DNA from: Nitrospirota bacterium | GTDB taxonomy: Bacteria > Nitrospirota > Thermodesulfovibrionia > Thermodesulfovibrionales > SM23-35 | Direction: 5' to 3' | Assembly: GCA_049323875.1 (NCBI GenBank) | Contig: JBMOLW010000041.1 | Span: 74,476-138,475 of the forward strand | Length of the DNA stretch: 64,000 bases | In this document: in pieces, positions 37,737-46,665 of the stretch | Layout: each line of letters starts with the position of its first letter | Position numbering within the stretch: position 1 is the stretch's first letter | Position numbers and translations under genes: made by a program | Notes under the pieces: generated by a model | What the model saw: the letters and a program-made list of their open reading frames with translations, nothing else | Database searches by the model: none | What the model was told of the DNA's origin: nothing

Positions 37737-37842
37737 CTCTCCCCTCCCTCGATGGGAGGGGATTAAGGGGAGGGTGTTCCCTGTACCCTTTATCAATCAC
37801 CCTCTCCCTACCCCTCCCCCCTCAAGGGGGAGGGAATTGATT
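37737..37842. repeat. Pair of inverted GC-rich palindromic (GGGAGGGG-type) REP-like elements
   Basis: CCCCTCCC-TCGAT-GGGAGGGG-ATTA-AGGGGAGGGTG (37741-37776) and its inverted homologue CACCCTCTCCCTA-CCCCTCCCCC-CTCAA-GGGGGAGGG (37798-37834). Confidence 0.75.
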
Positions 37843-37850
37843 GAGCATCC

Positions 37851-37886
37851 AAAAACAGACAACCCCGAACTGGTTCGGGGTTGTCT
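37851..37886 (-). terminator. Rho-independent terminator after the upstream S8 protease
   Basis: AGACAACCCCGAAC-TG-GTTCGGGGTTGTCT. The minus strand continues G-TTTTT. Lies 27 nt after the stop at 37913. Confidence 0.8.
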
Positions 37887-37912
37887 CGAAATTCTATAAA
37901 GTATTTTTACTC

Positions 37913-40015
37913 TTAACTCCTCCGCCTTCTTATGAGCGCGAGAGCTATCGCAGGCATGAGCAGCATCAGGACATCTGCACATGCAGTAGGGATATTCTGT
38001 GGTCCTCCGACAGAACATCCTCCGCTTCCACCCGACTTTCTCTGACCACCGCTCGGCGTAAGGGTAGTTGCAGAAATCTCATTCGAATATGCGGAGTATC
38101 CTGCAACCGGATTAAACGCTCTCACCCTGTACCAGTAGGTTGTAGCCGGACTGAGGCCTGAATCAGGAAAGGTAGACACGTTCTGGCCGACCTGTCCCAC
38201 CTGGATAAAATCATCGTTCACGGTACGTCTCTCGATCAGATATTCCTGCTCAGTTGACGAGTTGTCCGACCAGGCGAGCTGGATCTGGGAACTGGAGGTT
38301 GTAACCACCCTGAGATTCGTCGGCGGGTTGATTGGGGTCACCTGGGATATCTGAGTTCCCTGCTGGAGCGGGGATTCTCCGATATCATTATAGGCACTTA
38401 CCCGGTAATAATATCTCGTCCCGTCGGTCAGGCCTGCATCCGCGTAAAAATTGCCATTTACCCCTACCGTGGCTACCTGCACATAGTTGATCCCGTCTGT
38501 TCCCCGGTAAATCCTGTAGCCGGTTTCATCCGTAGCGCGGTCTGTCCATGCCAGATCAATCTGCAACGCGGAAACCGGGGTCGCACTGAGGTCATAGGTT
38601 GCCCACAGGGATTTCAGGGACCGGTCTGCGTTGATCCTTCCTCCTGTGAGAATCCAGCCGTTCAGGGTGTCGAGCACATCGACATATCTCAGCACCATAG
38701 TCTTGATCTGGCCGTGGGTAAAATGAGCATAATATGCGCTTAACAAACCTGCAAGACCGGTTACATGCGGGGCTGACATGGAAGTGCCTGAGAACATCTC
38801 CAGATGGCCGTATCCGTAATACTGGGTCCACCAGTTCGGCACGGTGCTGAAAATATAGGTTCCCGGCGCAGCCACATCAACAGATGTGGGGCCGAAATTG
38901 CTGAAAGAAACTCTCCTGTCGTCCTGGTCAGTCGCTGCGACAGAGATGATATTCGGCAGGTCGTAGCTTGCAGGATACATCGGCATGGCATCATTATTGT
39001 CCCCGACCCCGTCACTCCCGCCATTTCCGGCAGAGGCTACATAAAGGAGCCCTGCAACATTTGCCCGGTCTATAGCCTGATATTCAGCAGCGGAATAATT
39101 CCCCCCGCCGAAACTTGCGTTCATAACTCTGACGTTCACCCCGTGGTTGTTTTTCATATCGATAGCGTAATCGATGGCAGCGATTTCGTCCCCGACATCA
39201 CAGGAACCGTTCACATCACACACCTTGAGCGCCATCATGTTCGTCAGCCACATAATGCCCGCGATGCCTGCGCTGTTATTCCCTTTCGCCCCGATGACTC
39301 CTGCCACGTGCGTGCCATGTCCATAGTCGTCCATCGGGTCGCTGGTGTTGTCCACAAAATTCCAGCCCATGCAGTCGTTCAGGTATCCGTTGCCGTCATT
39401 GTCAACCGCGTCGGTACAACTTGTTTCTCCGAGGTTTCTCCATACATTCCAGACAAGGTCATTATGGCTGTAATCGATGCCCGTATCGAGCACCGCAACC
39501 GTCACGTCACCGCTTCCGATGGTCACATCCCAGCCTTCCGCCATTTTACTGTCAGCGCCTGCTGTCCCATACGCATACTGACCGGTGTTCCATAACGCCC
39601 ACTGGTTCGGGAAATACGTATCGTTCGGTATTATGATGTTCAGTTTTCTTATATAGTTCGGTTCTGCATATTCAACATCCTGGCTCGCCATATACTGCAT
39701 GACTGCGTCTTTGAGAGAAAGCCCCTGGGGCAGTTTTACCTGAGTGAGGTTCTTGATTGTGGAATAGTTCCTCACTACCGTTGCCCCGACTGCCTGATGC
39801 ACGGCAGCAGACGATGCAGCCTTGACGCCTGATCTGAATTTTACGAGCAGTTCGCCTTCCCGGTAATCCCCGTTCTCCATCTGTTCGATGACGGACTGGG
39901 CTGAGAGCTTGATGCTGCCGGAGGACCCTGATGTATCTGAAGAGATGTTGGTGGAAGACTGGCTGCCGCAGGCGGCAAGAAACATACATATCATTAAATA
40001 TAAATATTTCCTCAT
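37913..40015 (-). CDS. S8 (subtilisin-like) serine protease: lipobox, propeptide, two FN3, Cys-containing C-terminal tag
   Basis: Lipobox MFLAAC and propeptide YREGELLVKFRSG..VEYAEPNYIRK. Catalytic triad AVLDTGI, HGTHVAG, SGTSMSAPH. Two FN3 domains. Tail GGSGGCSVGGPQNIPTACADVLMLLMPAIALALIRRRRS. Confidence 0.93.
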   Translation of the reverse strand: MRKYLYLMICMFLAACGSQSSTNISSDTSGSSGSIKLSAQSVIEQMENGDYREGELLVKFRSGVKAASSAAVHQAVGATVVRNYSTIKNLTQVKLPQGLSLKDAVMQYMASQDVEYAEPNYIRKLNIIIPNDTYFPNQWALWNTGQYAYGTAGADSKMAEGWDVTIGSGDVTVAVLDTGIDYSHNDLVWNVWRNLGETSCTDAVDNDGNGYLNDCMGWNFVDNTSDPMDDYGHGTHVAGVIGAKGNNSAGIAGIMWLTNMMALKVCDVNGSCDVGDEIAAIDYAIDMKNNHGVNVRVMNASFGGGNYSAAEYQAIDRANVAGLLYVASAGNGGSDGVGDNNDAMPMYPASYDLPNIISVAATDQDDRRVSFSNFGPTSVDVAAPGTYIFSTVPNWWTQYYGYGHLEMFSGTSMSAPHVTGLAGLLSAYYAHFTHGQIKTMVLRYVDVLDTLNGWILTGGRINADRSLKSLWATYDLSATPVSALQIDLAWTDRATDETGYRIYRGTDGINYVQVATVGVNGNFYADAGLTDGTRYYYRVSAYNDIGESPLQQGTQISQVTPINPPTNLRVVTTSSSQIQLAWSDNSSTEQEYLIERRTVNDDFIQVGQVGQNVSTFPDSGLSPATTYWYRVRAFNPVAGYSAYSNEISATTLTPSGGQRKSGGSGGCSVGGPQNIPTACADVLMLLMPAIALALIRRRRS

Positions 40016-40125
40016 GGTCTCACTCCTTTATTAAAATCATTCACTCGCATCATCTCCAATCAGAATCCCTTCCGATATCTATCTTTATCCAGGGGCGGCA
40101 TTTCGCCCGCCCTGTGCATTAAGTC

Positions 40126-42042
40126 CTAGATAGCTTCCTGTATTGTTATCGTCGATAGATCCGTACCTGCAGCAGCATCAATGACAGTTAAGGTGACATT
40201 AACATCAGGTGGCCCTGCAATAATATTTCCCGCTGGTACGGTAACCACGATAGGGCCTGGCGCTGCGAGAGCCCAAATGCCGCCCTCGCCTCCGTCTCTG
40301 ATTCCGTTATTTGCGGTTCCACCACCGTCCCCGTTATCATTAAATGCAAGATTCGCATTATTTGAGGCAACAACGTATCCTGCCGTGCCTCCTGAGACGG
40401 AGAAGAGGAGGGTTTGCGGCAATGCGTTTTCACTTATTGTCACCGTCGCCGGACTGATAGAGAGCGGGCCGATAACCGTAATATAACCCGTCTTGGTTTC
40501 CGAATCTGAGCCACCGGCACCGGTAGCGACCATTGTCACGGTATAGGTTCCGGCAGCAGCATACGTATTAGAAGGATTTTGCACCGTAGCGGTATTCCCG
40601 TCACCAAAACTCCAGGCCCATGATGTAGGGCTCCCTGTGGACAGGTCGGTAAAATTCACGGTTAATGGAGCAATCCCCGATACGGGTATCCCGATAAAAT
40701 CTGCAACAGGAGCTGCAGGCGGCACGAAAGTGACATCAAGTGTTACCGCAACGGTATGCCCGGCCGCATCCGTGACCGTATATGTTGCGGTTGTCGCAGC
40801 AGTCCCTGCCGGTACGGTAACACCAAACGTGTCTCCGCTGGAGACGACTGTTGTCGGTACCGGGGGAAGTGTCGCATCATCAGTAGTGACTGTGTAGGGC
40901 GGAATTCCGTTGCTGATGATATAGGTCGCTGTGCCGCCCACGACACCGTCAACGGTCTGGCTTGGTGGTGATACGGTAAGAGCACCAGCTACAAGGATCG
41001 TGATGGTATTTGTCACATTGCCGATAGTAGCGGTCACTATTGCGTCACCTAAATATGTTGCTGATGGGGTGAATACTGTCGAGGCTGCCCCGTTATCCGT
41101 CAGGTCGACCAATGGTGAGACAAACCCCGCAGTCACAGGACTTACGCTGAACTGCACTGCGAGATCATCGGGGATTGTGCCTGCGCTCGTGAGTAGATAT
41201 GCGGTAACCGTCGCCGTTTCCCCTTCGCTTCCTACAACGCCAGGGGGATTCGCAATCATATTGATTCCGGTAAGATATACCGGCTGGAGGAATACGGCAA
41301 TAACATCTGCGGAGCCATTCGAACCGACTGCCTGGATAAGGAGAGACGTTTCCTGGCCGACAACCGACGTCGGAGAAACCTGGAGGAAGGTAAACGCCTG
41401 ACCTTCTGAATTTGTCATAAAGGTATTGCCCAGAGGGAACGATGAGCCTGAGTTGCCGCTGAAGGTAATATTCATGCCGACAATCCGCTTGCCGAATTCG
41501 TCAAATGCAGTTGCCCGCAATGTGGCACTGTCATCAGTCGGGGTCTCGAAGAAATTGAAATCACTCGCTTCATTATAAATGCCGTCGTTATCAGCATCGA
41601 TATCAAGGACAATGGTAGGCTCCGGCCACATAAGGGCAAAATCCGAATAGTAGACCACTATCCTGTCCCTGACCTGGTTCAACCCTTCATCCACCTCTGC
41701 CTGAATCGTGGCAAAACCGACTTCATGCGAGTGCAGGGTGGCGGTGGCGATACCGGCTGCATTTGTCTTGTCGGTAATCCTGTCCAGCGACCCTACCGGT
41801 GAAAGGTTCGTGAACCTGACCGGCAAGTCTGCGACCGGATTGCCGTTCCCGTCAAGCACCTTTGCATGCAGGGTGATGTCGCTGTTCGTCTGTGAGACGA
41901 AATGCGTGGGTGTCAGTTCAACAAGGGTGGCTTTCCCCGGGTTCTCGCCCTTCGGTGAGTTCATTGACCCGCCTCCCCCGCCGCAACCGGCAAACGAAAG
42001 AGTCAAACCAAGCAAGACAACGAGTATGAAAAATTTTTTCAT
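40126..42042 (-). CDS. Lipoprotein with bacterial Ig-like (Big) and PKD domains
   Basis: ATG at 42042, 6 nt after GGAGG. Lipobox LSFAGC, a Big_1-like segment (LHAKVLDGNGNPVADLPVRF), and a PKD domain (PLTVNFTDLS..WSFGDGNT..HTY-like..YTVTMVATG). Confidence 0.8.
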   Translation of the reverse strand: MKKFFILVVLLGLTLSFAGCGGGGGSMNSPKGENPGKATLVELTPTHFVSQTNSDITLHAKVLDGNGNPVADLPVRFTNLSPVGSLDRITDKTNAAGIATATLHSHEVGFATIQAEVDEGLNQVRDRIVVYYSDFALMWPEPTIVLDIDADNDGIYNEASDFNFFETPTDDSATLRATAFDEFGKRIVGMNITFSGNSGSSFPLGNTFMTNSEGQAFTFLQVSPTSVVGQETSLLIQAVGSNGSADVIAVFLQPVYLTGINMIANPPGVVGSEGETATVTAYLLTSAGTIPDDLAVQFSVSPVTAGFVSPLVDLTDNGAASTVFTPSATYLGDAIVTATIGNVTNTITILVAGALTVSPPSQTVDGVVGGTATYIISNGIPPYTVTTDDATLPPVPTTVVSSGDTFGVTVPAGTAATTATYTVTDAAGHTVAVTLDVTFVPPAAPVADFIGIPVSGIAPLTVNFTDLSTGSPTSWAWSFGDGNTATVQNPSNTYAAAGTYTVTMVATGAGGSDSETKTGYITVIGPLSISPATVTISENALPQTLLFSVSGGTAGYVVASNNANLAFNDNGDGGGTANNGIRDGGEGGIWALAAPGPIVVTVPAGNIIAGPPDVNVTLTVIDAAAGTDLSTITIQEAI

Positions 42043-42076
42043 CGTATCCTCCAAAGACAATAATTGCTTGTCTTTT

Positions 42077-42715
42077 CTAGTCGCAATAATCAAACCATCC
42101 TATCTGGAAATCCACCTGTGTCTTGACAGAAAAATCCTCCCCGTACTCGTTCTGACCGTAGAAAGTATAAATGGCTGTATAGTTATTGATATATGCCAGA
42201 TGGTAATCATACCGGCCTGATAACACATCATCGCCGTACTTTTCTTTTCTGACCAGATCAATCAGCTTTATGGTCCATGTGGAACTCGTGGTGCCGGTCC
42301 CCGAAAGAGGAGGGGTAATGATCAGGGTCTCAAAACGGGTATCCTGTTCGATCGGCGGAGCCCCGAGTGAGTCATTCGAACGCCGGTACTCAATAGTATA
42401 TTTATCGATATAGAGTGTCCCGGGCTGTATGGTAGGATTCGGGTTGATGAGGGATGCGAAAAAGGTAACTTCTGCCTGATGGTCGGTAAAATCCTCGTAA
42501 ATGGGGGGGGGACCCTCATCACAGATGTCCTGGAAAACATCAACAGAATACGTGTCTCCACCAAGATACAAGCCGGTTACGACTGCGCTCACCTGAACCC
42601 CGGTATCCTCTATCCCCTTGCTCCCCGGCGCCCCGGCGCCGCTGCCGCATCCTGAAAGAATAACAGACATTGCTGCGATATACAGGATAAAAAGAAGGAA
42701 ATATCTTTTTTTCAT
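42077..42715 (-). CDS. Hypothetical lipoprotein
   Basis: 212 aa with lipobox VILSGC. No family recognised. Confidence 0.6.
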   Translation of the reverse strand: MKKRYFLLFILYIAAMSVILSGCGSGAGAPGSKGIEDTGVQVSAVVTGLYLGGDTYSVDVFQDICDEGPPPIYEDFTDHQAEVTFFASLINPNPTIQPGTLYIDKYTIEYRRSNDSLGAPPIEQDTRFETLIITPPLSGTGTTSSTWTIKLIDLVRKEKYGDDVLSGRYDYHLAYINNYTAIYTFYGQNEYGEDFSVKTQVDFQIGWFDYCD

Positions 42716-42766
42716 CTTGCCCCCTGTTCTCCTCTTGATAATGGTAATATCATGGCAATTTTATCT

Positions 42767-44983
42767 TCATGGTTTCTCAACAATCCGGGGTGTGATGAAG
42801 ATCAGCAGTTCGCTCGTCGATATTTGTTCTTTCTTCGACTTGAACAGCCATCCCAGAACAGGGATATTCATCAGTCCCGGAACTCCGCTTTCGGACTCAT
42901 TCGTCGTAATTTTATACATTCCGCCGATGACAATAGTCTCGCTGTCCTTGATAATAACATTGGTAGTAGCCTCTTTTTTATCAGTCCCGGGCACCCCTTC
43001 AACCGAGGGCACAGTCGGATCGAGTTCTTCTTTCTTCACTTCGATCATCAGCGCGATGGACTTGTCCGGGGTTATATGAGGCGTTACATTCAGTTCAAGG
43101 GTAACGTCCTTGAATTCAGTGGAGACCGTACCTTCTGTAGTCAGCTTTCGTACGGGGATGCTCTTGCCCTGGAGGATCTTCGCCCTGCCGTTGTCCACAG
43201 TAAGGATCTTGGGATTCGAGACCACCTTGAGCTTGCCCATTGTCTCTATTGCACTGAGCTGGAGGTCCAGTCCTATTGTCCGTGAGGGGTCCAGTATCCC
43301 GAAAGTAATGCCGGAACCCGACAACGGGCCGACGCTTTTTGCCGGGAGGTCCACCATATAATTTCCGCCGGTAACCGGCCCTGCAGACGTGTTGGGCACC
43401 CCTGATAATCCCCCCAGGGAACTGAGGCCGTTCGGCGACACCATGTTCAGACCCCACTGGATGCCCAGCTCAGAGGTATTGTCACTGTTGATCTCCACTA
43501 TCCTTGCTTCAACAAGTACCTGTGGGGTCGGTTTGTCGAGTGTAGCAAGGATATTCTCAATCTCAGGGAATACTTTGGCGACATCTTTAACAAAGAGCGT
43601 GCTCGTCCGTTTATCCACATTGAGACTGCCTCTCGGGGACAATATCTTTGCGTTCCTTATGGCAGCGTCCACCAGAGCGACCTCTGCATAACTCACATTG
43701 AAGACGCGGGTTTCGAGCGGTTCTGCCTTCATTTCCGCTTCCTTGACCTTTGCCTTGTCTTCACTTTCCCTCGCGAAAACCGAATGGGGCGCGATCCTGA
43801 TAATATTCCCCTGGATATCTTTGTCGAGGCTGAACGTCTTCAAAATAGTGTCAAGTGCCTGGATCCAGGGAACGTCCCTGAATTTCATGGTAGCCTTGCC
43901 CTTGACGTCAGGGTGTATGAAGAGGTTGCATCCGCTGATGTCTGCAAACAGCCGGAGGATCGGCACGATATCCTGATCCTGGAAATCAAAATTCACTGTC
44001 TCTTTCCCTGCAAGATATGCCTCGCACCTTGTCCCTGCCAGTTTCTCGTGAGGCGGCATGGTCTCGGGCATTGCCTCTCCATACTTCTCTTCTGAGACTG
44101 CCTCTTCAGCAGGGAATCCCGCAGGCTCAGGTTCACTCCTCCTCAGGCTGATCACGATCGAGTCAGCGATTGAAGCGACATCGAAGTTGGTCTTCTCCTG
44201 AAGATCGAGAACAAGCCGGACCTTATCGTCGTGTTTGCCTGAACGCATCCCCTTGACAGGGGAAACCACAGAAACCGGGATCAGGGCATTCAGCGTCACG
44301 TCAGGGATATCAATCACCAGACGGTCTTCCAGGGGGAAGACATTCGGGATCATGGAACCGTTCCCTTTAATCAGCACATTCACGGTATCAGCAGTGGGTT
44401 CGAAGGAGATCTCGTTGATCTCGGTAGCCTTCGGCAGGGGTTCCCGCATTACCGGCGGCGTGGTTTCTTCAATCCTTCTCACCTGTACTTCGGGGACATG
44501 CGCTGCCTTTTTTGCTGCTTCTTCCCTGACCCTGATCGTCAGAACATTATTGTTGTAATCCTGATCAACTGAAGCTGGCGACTGGAGCAGCATTTCAAGC
44601 CGCGCTATGAGGGTAGGGGATTCGATCTGTGAGGGGGTTATTTCTGAAATGCCGGGCTTCCGGGAAATAATCTTCTCATTGAAGGTTCCCAGGGAAACAT
44701 CAGGCATGTCGACTACAATCTTATACGGGTCTCCCGGTTTATAAATGGTATAGATAAACGGTTTGTTTGCCGTCACCGTAACCATATTATCCTGTACATT
44801 GATGCCGGTAATGGCCGCGGGTTCATCCATCCGCATCGTTTCTTTGCCACTTCCTTGTGTCCCTGCACAACCGGCAATCAGGGAACAGACGAGCAGGAAA
44901 GAAAAGACGGAGAAAAAGAACAACGCTCCGCCGTGTTTTTTATCCCTCAATTTTTGTTTATCGAGTATAAAATTCTGATTCAT
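42767..44983 (-). CDS. pilQ: Type IV pilus secretin PilQ
   Basis: 738 aa with lipobox LIAGC, AMIN-like repeats, N0-like FDFQDQDIVPILRLFADISG, and a secretin core IVIGGMYKI..VPGLMNIPVLGWLFKS. Confidence 0.9.
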   Translation of the reverse strand: MNQNFILDKQKLRDKKHGGALFFFSVFSFLLVCSLIAGCAGTQGSGKETMRMDEPAAITGINVQDNMVTVTANKPFIYTIYKPGDPYKIVVDMPDVSLGTFNEKIISRKPGISEITPSQIESPTLIARLEMLLQSPASVDQDYNNNVLTIRVREEAAKKAAHVPEVQVRRIEETTPPVMREPLPKATEINEISFEPTADTVNVLIKGNGSMIPNVFPLEDRLVIDIPDVTLNALIPVSVVSPVKGMRSGKHDDKVRLVLDLQEKTNFDVASIADSIVISLRRSEPEPAGFPAEEAVSEEKYGEAMPETMPPHEKLAGTRCEAYLAGKETVNFDFQDQDIVPILRLFADISGCNLFIHPDVKGKATMKFRDVPWIQALDTILKTFSLDKDIQGNIIRIAPHSVFARESEDKAKVKEAEMKAEPLETRVFNVSYAEVALVDAAIRNAKILSPRGSLNVDKRTSTLFVKDVAKVFPEIENILATLDKPTPQVLVEARIVEINSDNTSELGIQWGLNMVSPNGLSSLGGLSGVPNTSAGPVTGGNYMVDLPAKSVGPLSGSGITFGILDPSRTIGLDLQLSAIETMGKLKVVSNPKILTVDNGRAKILQGKSIPVRKLTTEGTVSTEFKDVTLELNVTPHITPDKSIALMIEVKKEELDPTVPSVEGVPGTDKKEATTNVIIKDSETIVIGGMYKITTNESESGVPGLMNIPVLGWLFKSKKEQISTSELLIFITPRIVEKP

Positions 44984-45495
44984 TATTCTTCCCCCTTGTG
45001 GAGTTTCAAAATCGAATCCCTTGGTTTTATATCGCCCTTATAATCTTTGACATATTCCCTGATATGCACAGAATCCTTCGTTATTTTTTCGACCTTGCCG
45101 TCCTGGAGTCCGAGGGTCATCCCTTCTGTAATGGTATACGTCTTTTTGTCCGGCAGCATGATCAATGCGTAGTACTTGTCATTATCCCATGCAATGGCAA
45201 GAAGACGGATTTCTTCAACACCGTAACTTTCCATGGGACTGGCCCCCATCTTCTTTTTCGGTTTTTCCTTTGTCACCTGGACGAGTGGCAGGAAAGGGTC
45301 CCGTCTGCCCCGTGCATCGTACGCAACTTCTTCCTGCCCGGATTTCGAAGCCTCCTGTGCCACCTTCTCTTCCGGTGTCGCAGCAGGCTGAGCCTGTTTG
45401 TCAGCAGAAGGCTTCCTGGGCGGAGGCTGCCCTTTGCCACAGCTGGAGGACAAGACACAGACTGCCATGAGAAAACATATCAGAATGCGGTTCAT
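44983..45495 (-). CDS. pilP: Type IV pilus assembly lipoprotein PilP
   Basis: 170 aa with lipobox LSSSC. Position and size fit the pilMNOPQ order. Confidence 0.75.
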   Translation of the reverse strand: MNRILICFLMAVCVLSSSCGKGQPPPRKPSADKQAQPAATPEEKVAQEASKSGQEEVAYDARGRRDPFLPLVQVTKEKPKKKMGASPMESYGVEEIRLLAIAWDNDKYYALIMLPDKKTYTITEGMTLGLQDGKVEKITKDSVHIREYVKDYKGDIKPRDSILKLHKGEE

Positions 45496-46121
45496 CTTTT
45501 CGTGCCCTTGCCTTTGGCTGGTGCTTTTTCTTTCTTCATCTCTTCTTCCGGCACCGACGAAAAAGTTGTTGCGGTAAACGCTATTTTCATGACTGCCGCA
45601 CCTTTGTCCGGCTTCGGGTCCGAGAGCCTGATATCAGAGATGTTAACTATCCTGTTCAGTTTCGTAATACTCCCGAAGAAATGTCCCAGATTATGGTAAC
45701 TGCCTGAAAGTTCAACCTTTACCGGGATTTCGTATACTATGCCGCTCGCATGGGTTTTTCTCTGCCCGGGCTGCCAGAGCCTCACTTTCTGCCCCGAACT
45801 GATACAAAGGTCCGAGACCTGTTTCAGCAGGGTGGATACTTCCTTCTCCTCAGGCAATTGTTCTTTTAACTCTTCAAGTCTTTTTCTCAGCCGTTCATTC
45901 TCCAGGGTGAGTTCAGGTAATTTTGCCACTTTTGCCTGGTCTGCGGCTATCTGATTCTCCTGAACAGCAATCTTCTTCTCAAGGGCTTTAATCTCTTTAT
46001 TCTTCGGCAGGATCAGCAAAAAAATGACTACCGCAATAATAATGATAGCCGGGACTACCGCAATAACGACCTTCACAGGCTTCGAAAGGTTTTTCATATC
46101 AATGTTGAATTTTAATGCCAT
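45492..46121 (-). CDS. pilO: Type IV pilus assembly protein PilO
   Basis: 209 aa, bitopic, with a coiled coil and ferredoxin-like C-domain. ATGA overlap with pilP. Confidence 0.8.
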   Translation of the reverse strand: MALKFNIDMKNLSKPVKVVIAVVPAIIIIAVVIFLLILPKNKEIKALEKKIAVQENQIAADQAKVAKLPELTLENERLRKRLEELKEQLPEEKEVSTLLKQVSDLCISSGQKVRLWQPGQRKTHASGIVYEIPVKVELSGSYHNLGHFFGSITKLNRIVNISDIRLSDPKPDKGAAVMKIAFTATTFSSVPEEEMKKEKAPAKGKGTKR

Positions 46122-46122
46122 C

Positions 46123-46665
46123 TCATCCCTTTATCCTGAAGTTCAGCTTGAATGCATACAGGGGAATTTTTTCTACTTCGATACTCTTCGATTCTTTCAG
46201 ATATACATCGGAGAAAAGCGCTGATTTCTTCAGGTTGTCCACATAGGCGACGATCTCCGCGTTGGTAAACCCGAACCCCTCGATATCAACACTGCTGGTC
46301 CCTGTCATTTTCAGGTCTTTCAGCCAGACGCCGGTAGGAATCAGGAGGTTGACCTCATTCAGGACTTTTACCGGCACACTCCGGTTCTTGCTCAGCTGCT
46401 CGATGACGTCATTCCGCTGCTTGAAGTCCTTGTTGCGCTGTTCAAAGTTCTCAACTGCCTTGATCTGTTGCTGGAGCTCCGCGATCTTCCTCTCATTGTT
46501 CGCAAAATCAGCCTTTCGTGCATGTAACCGTGAACTGAAAAAGAAGACAAGATATGCCATAATGAGTGCGGCGGCAAGAGTAACCAGAATTGTGGAAATG
46601 AGAAAGGTCGGCAGCGGCTTCGCTTTCTTTTTTCTTTTTACGGGCAGAAGGTTTACTTTTATCAT
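46123..46665 (-). CDS. pilN: Type IV pilus assembly protein PilN
   Basis: 180 aa with N-terminal MIKVNLLP motif, a TM and a coiled coil. Confidence 0.85.
   Translation of the reverse strand: MIKVNLLPVKRKKKAKPLPTFLISTILVTLAAALIMAYLVFFFSSRLHARKADFANNERKIAELQQQIKAVENFEQRNKDFKQRNDVIEQLSKNRSVPVKVLNEVNLLIPTGVWLKDLKMTGTSSVDIEGFGFTNAEIVAYVDNLKKSALFSDVYLKESKSIEVEKIPLYAFKLNFRIKG

Noticed and set aside
37717-37899. 60-aa ORF MGHRHQRSPLPRWEGIKGRV...PLPTPPPSRGRE
   Set aside because: It is a translation of the GC-rich GGGAGGGG palindromes and the terminator hairpin, and is not a gene.
40092-40113. GC hairpin GGGCGG-N8-CCGCCC after the Big/PKD lipoprotein gene as a terminator
   Set aside because: No U-tract follows on the minus strand, so it may be a stabilising hairpin rather than a terminator. 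Co-transcription with S8-2 remains possible.
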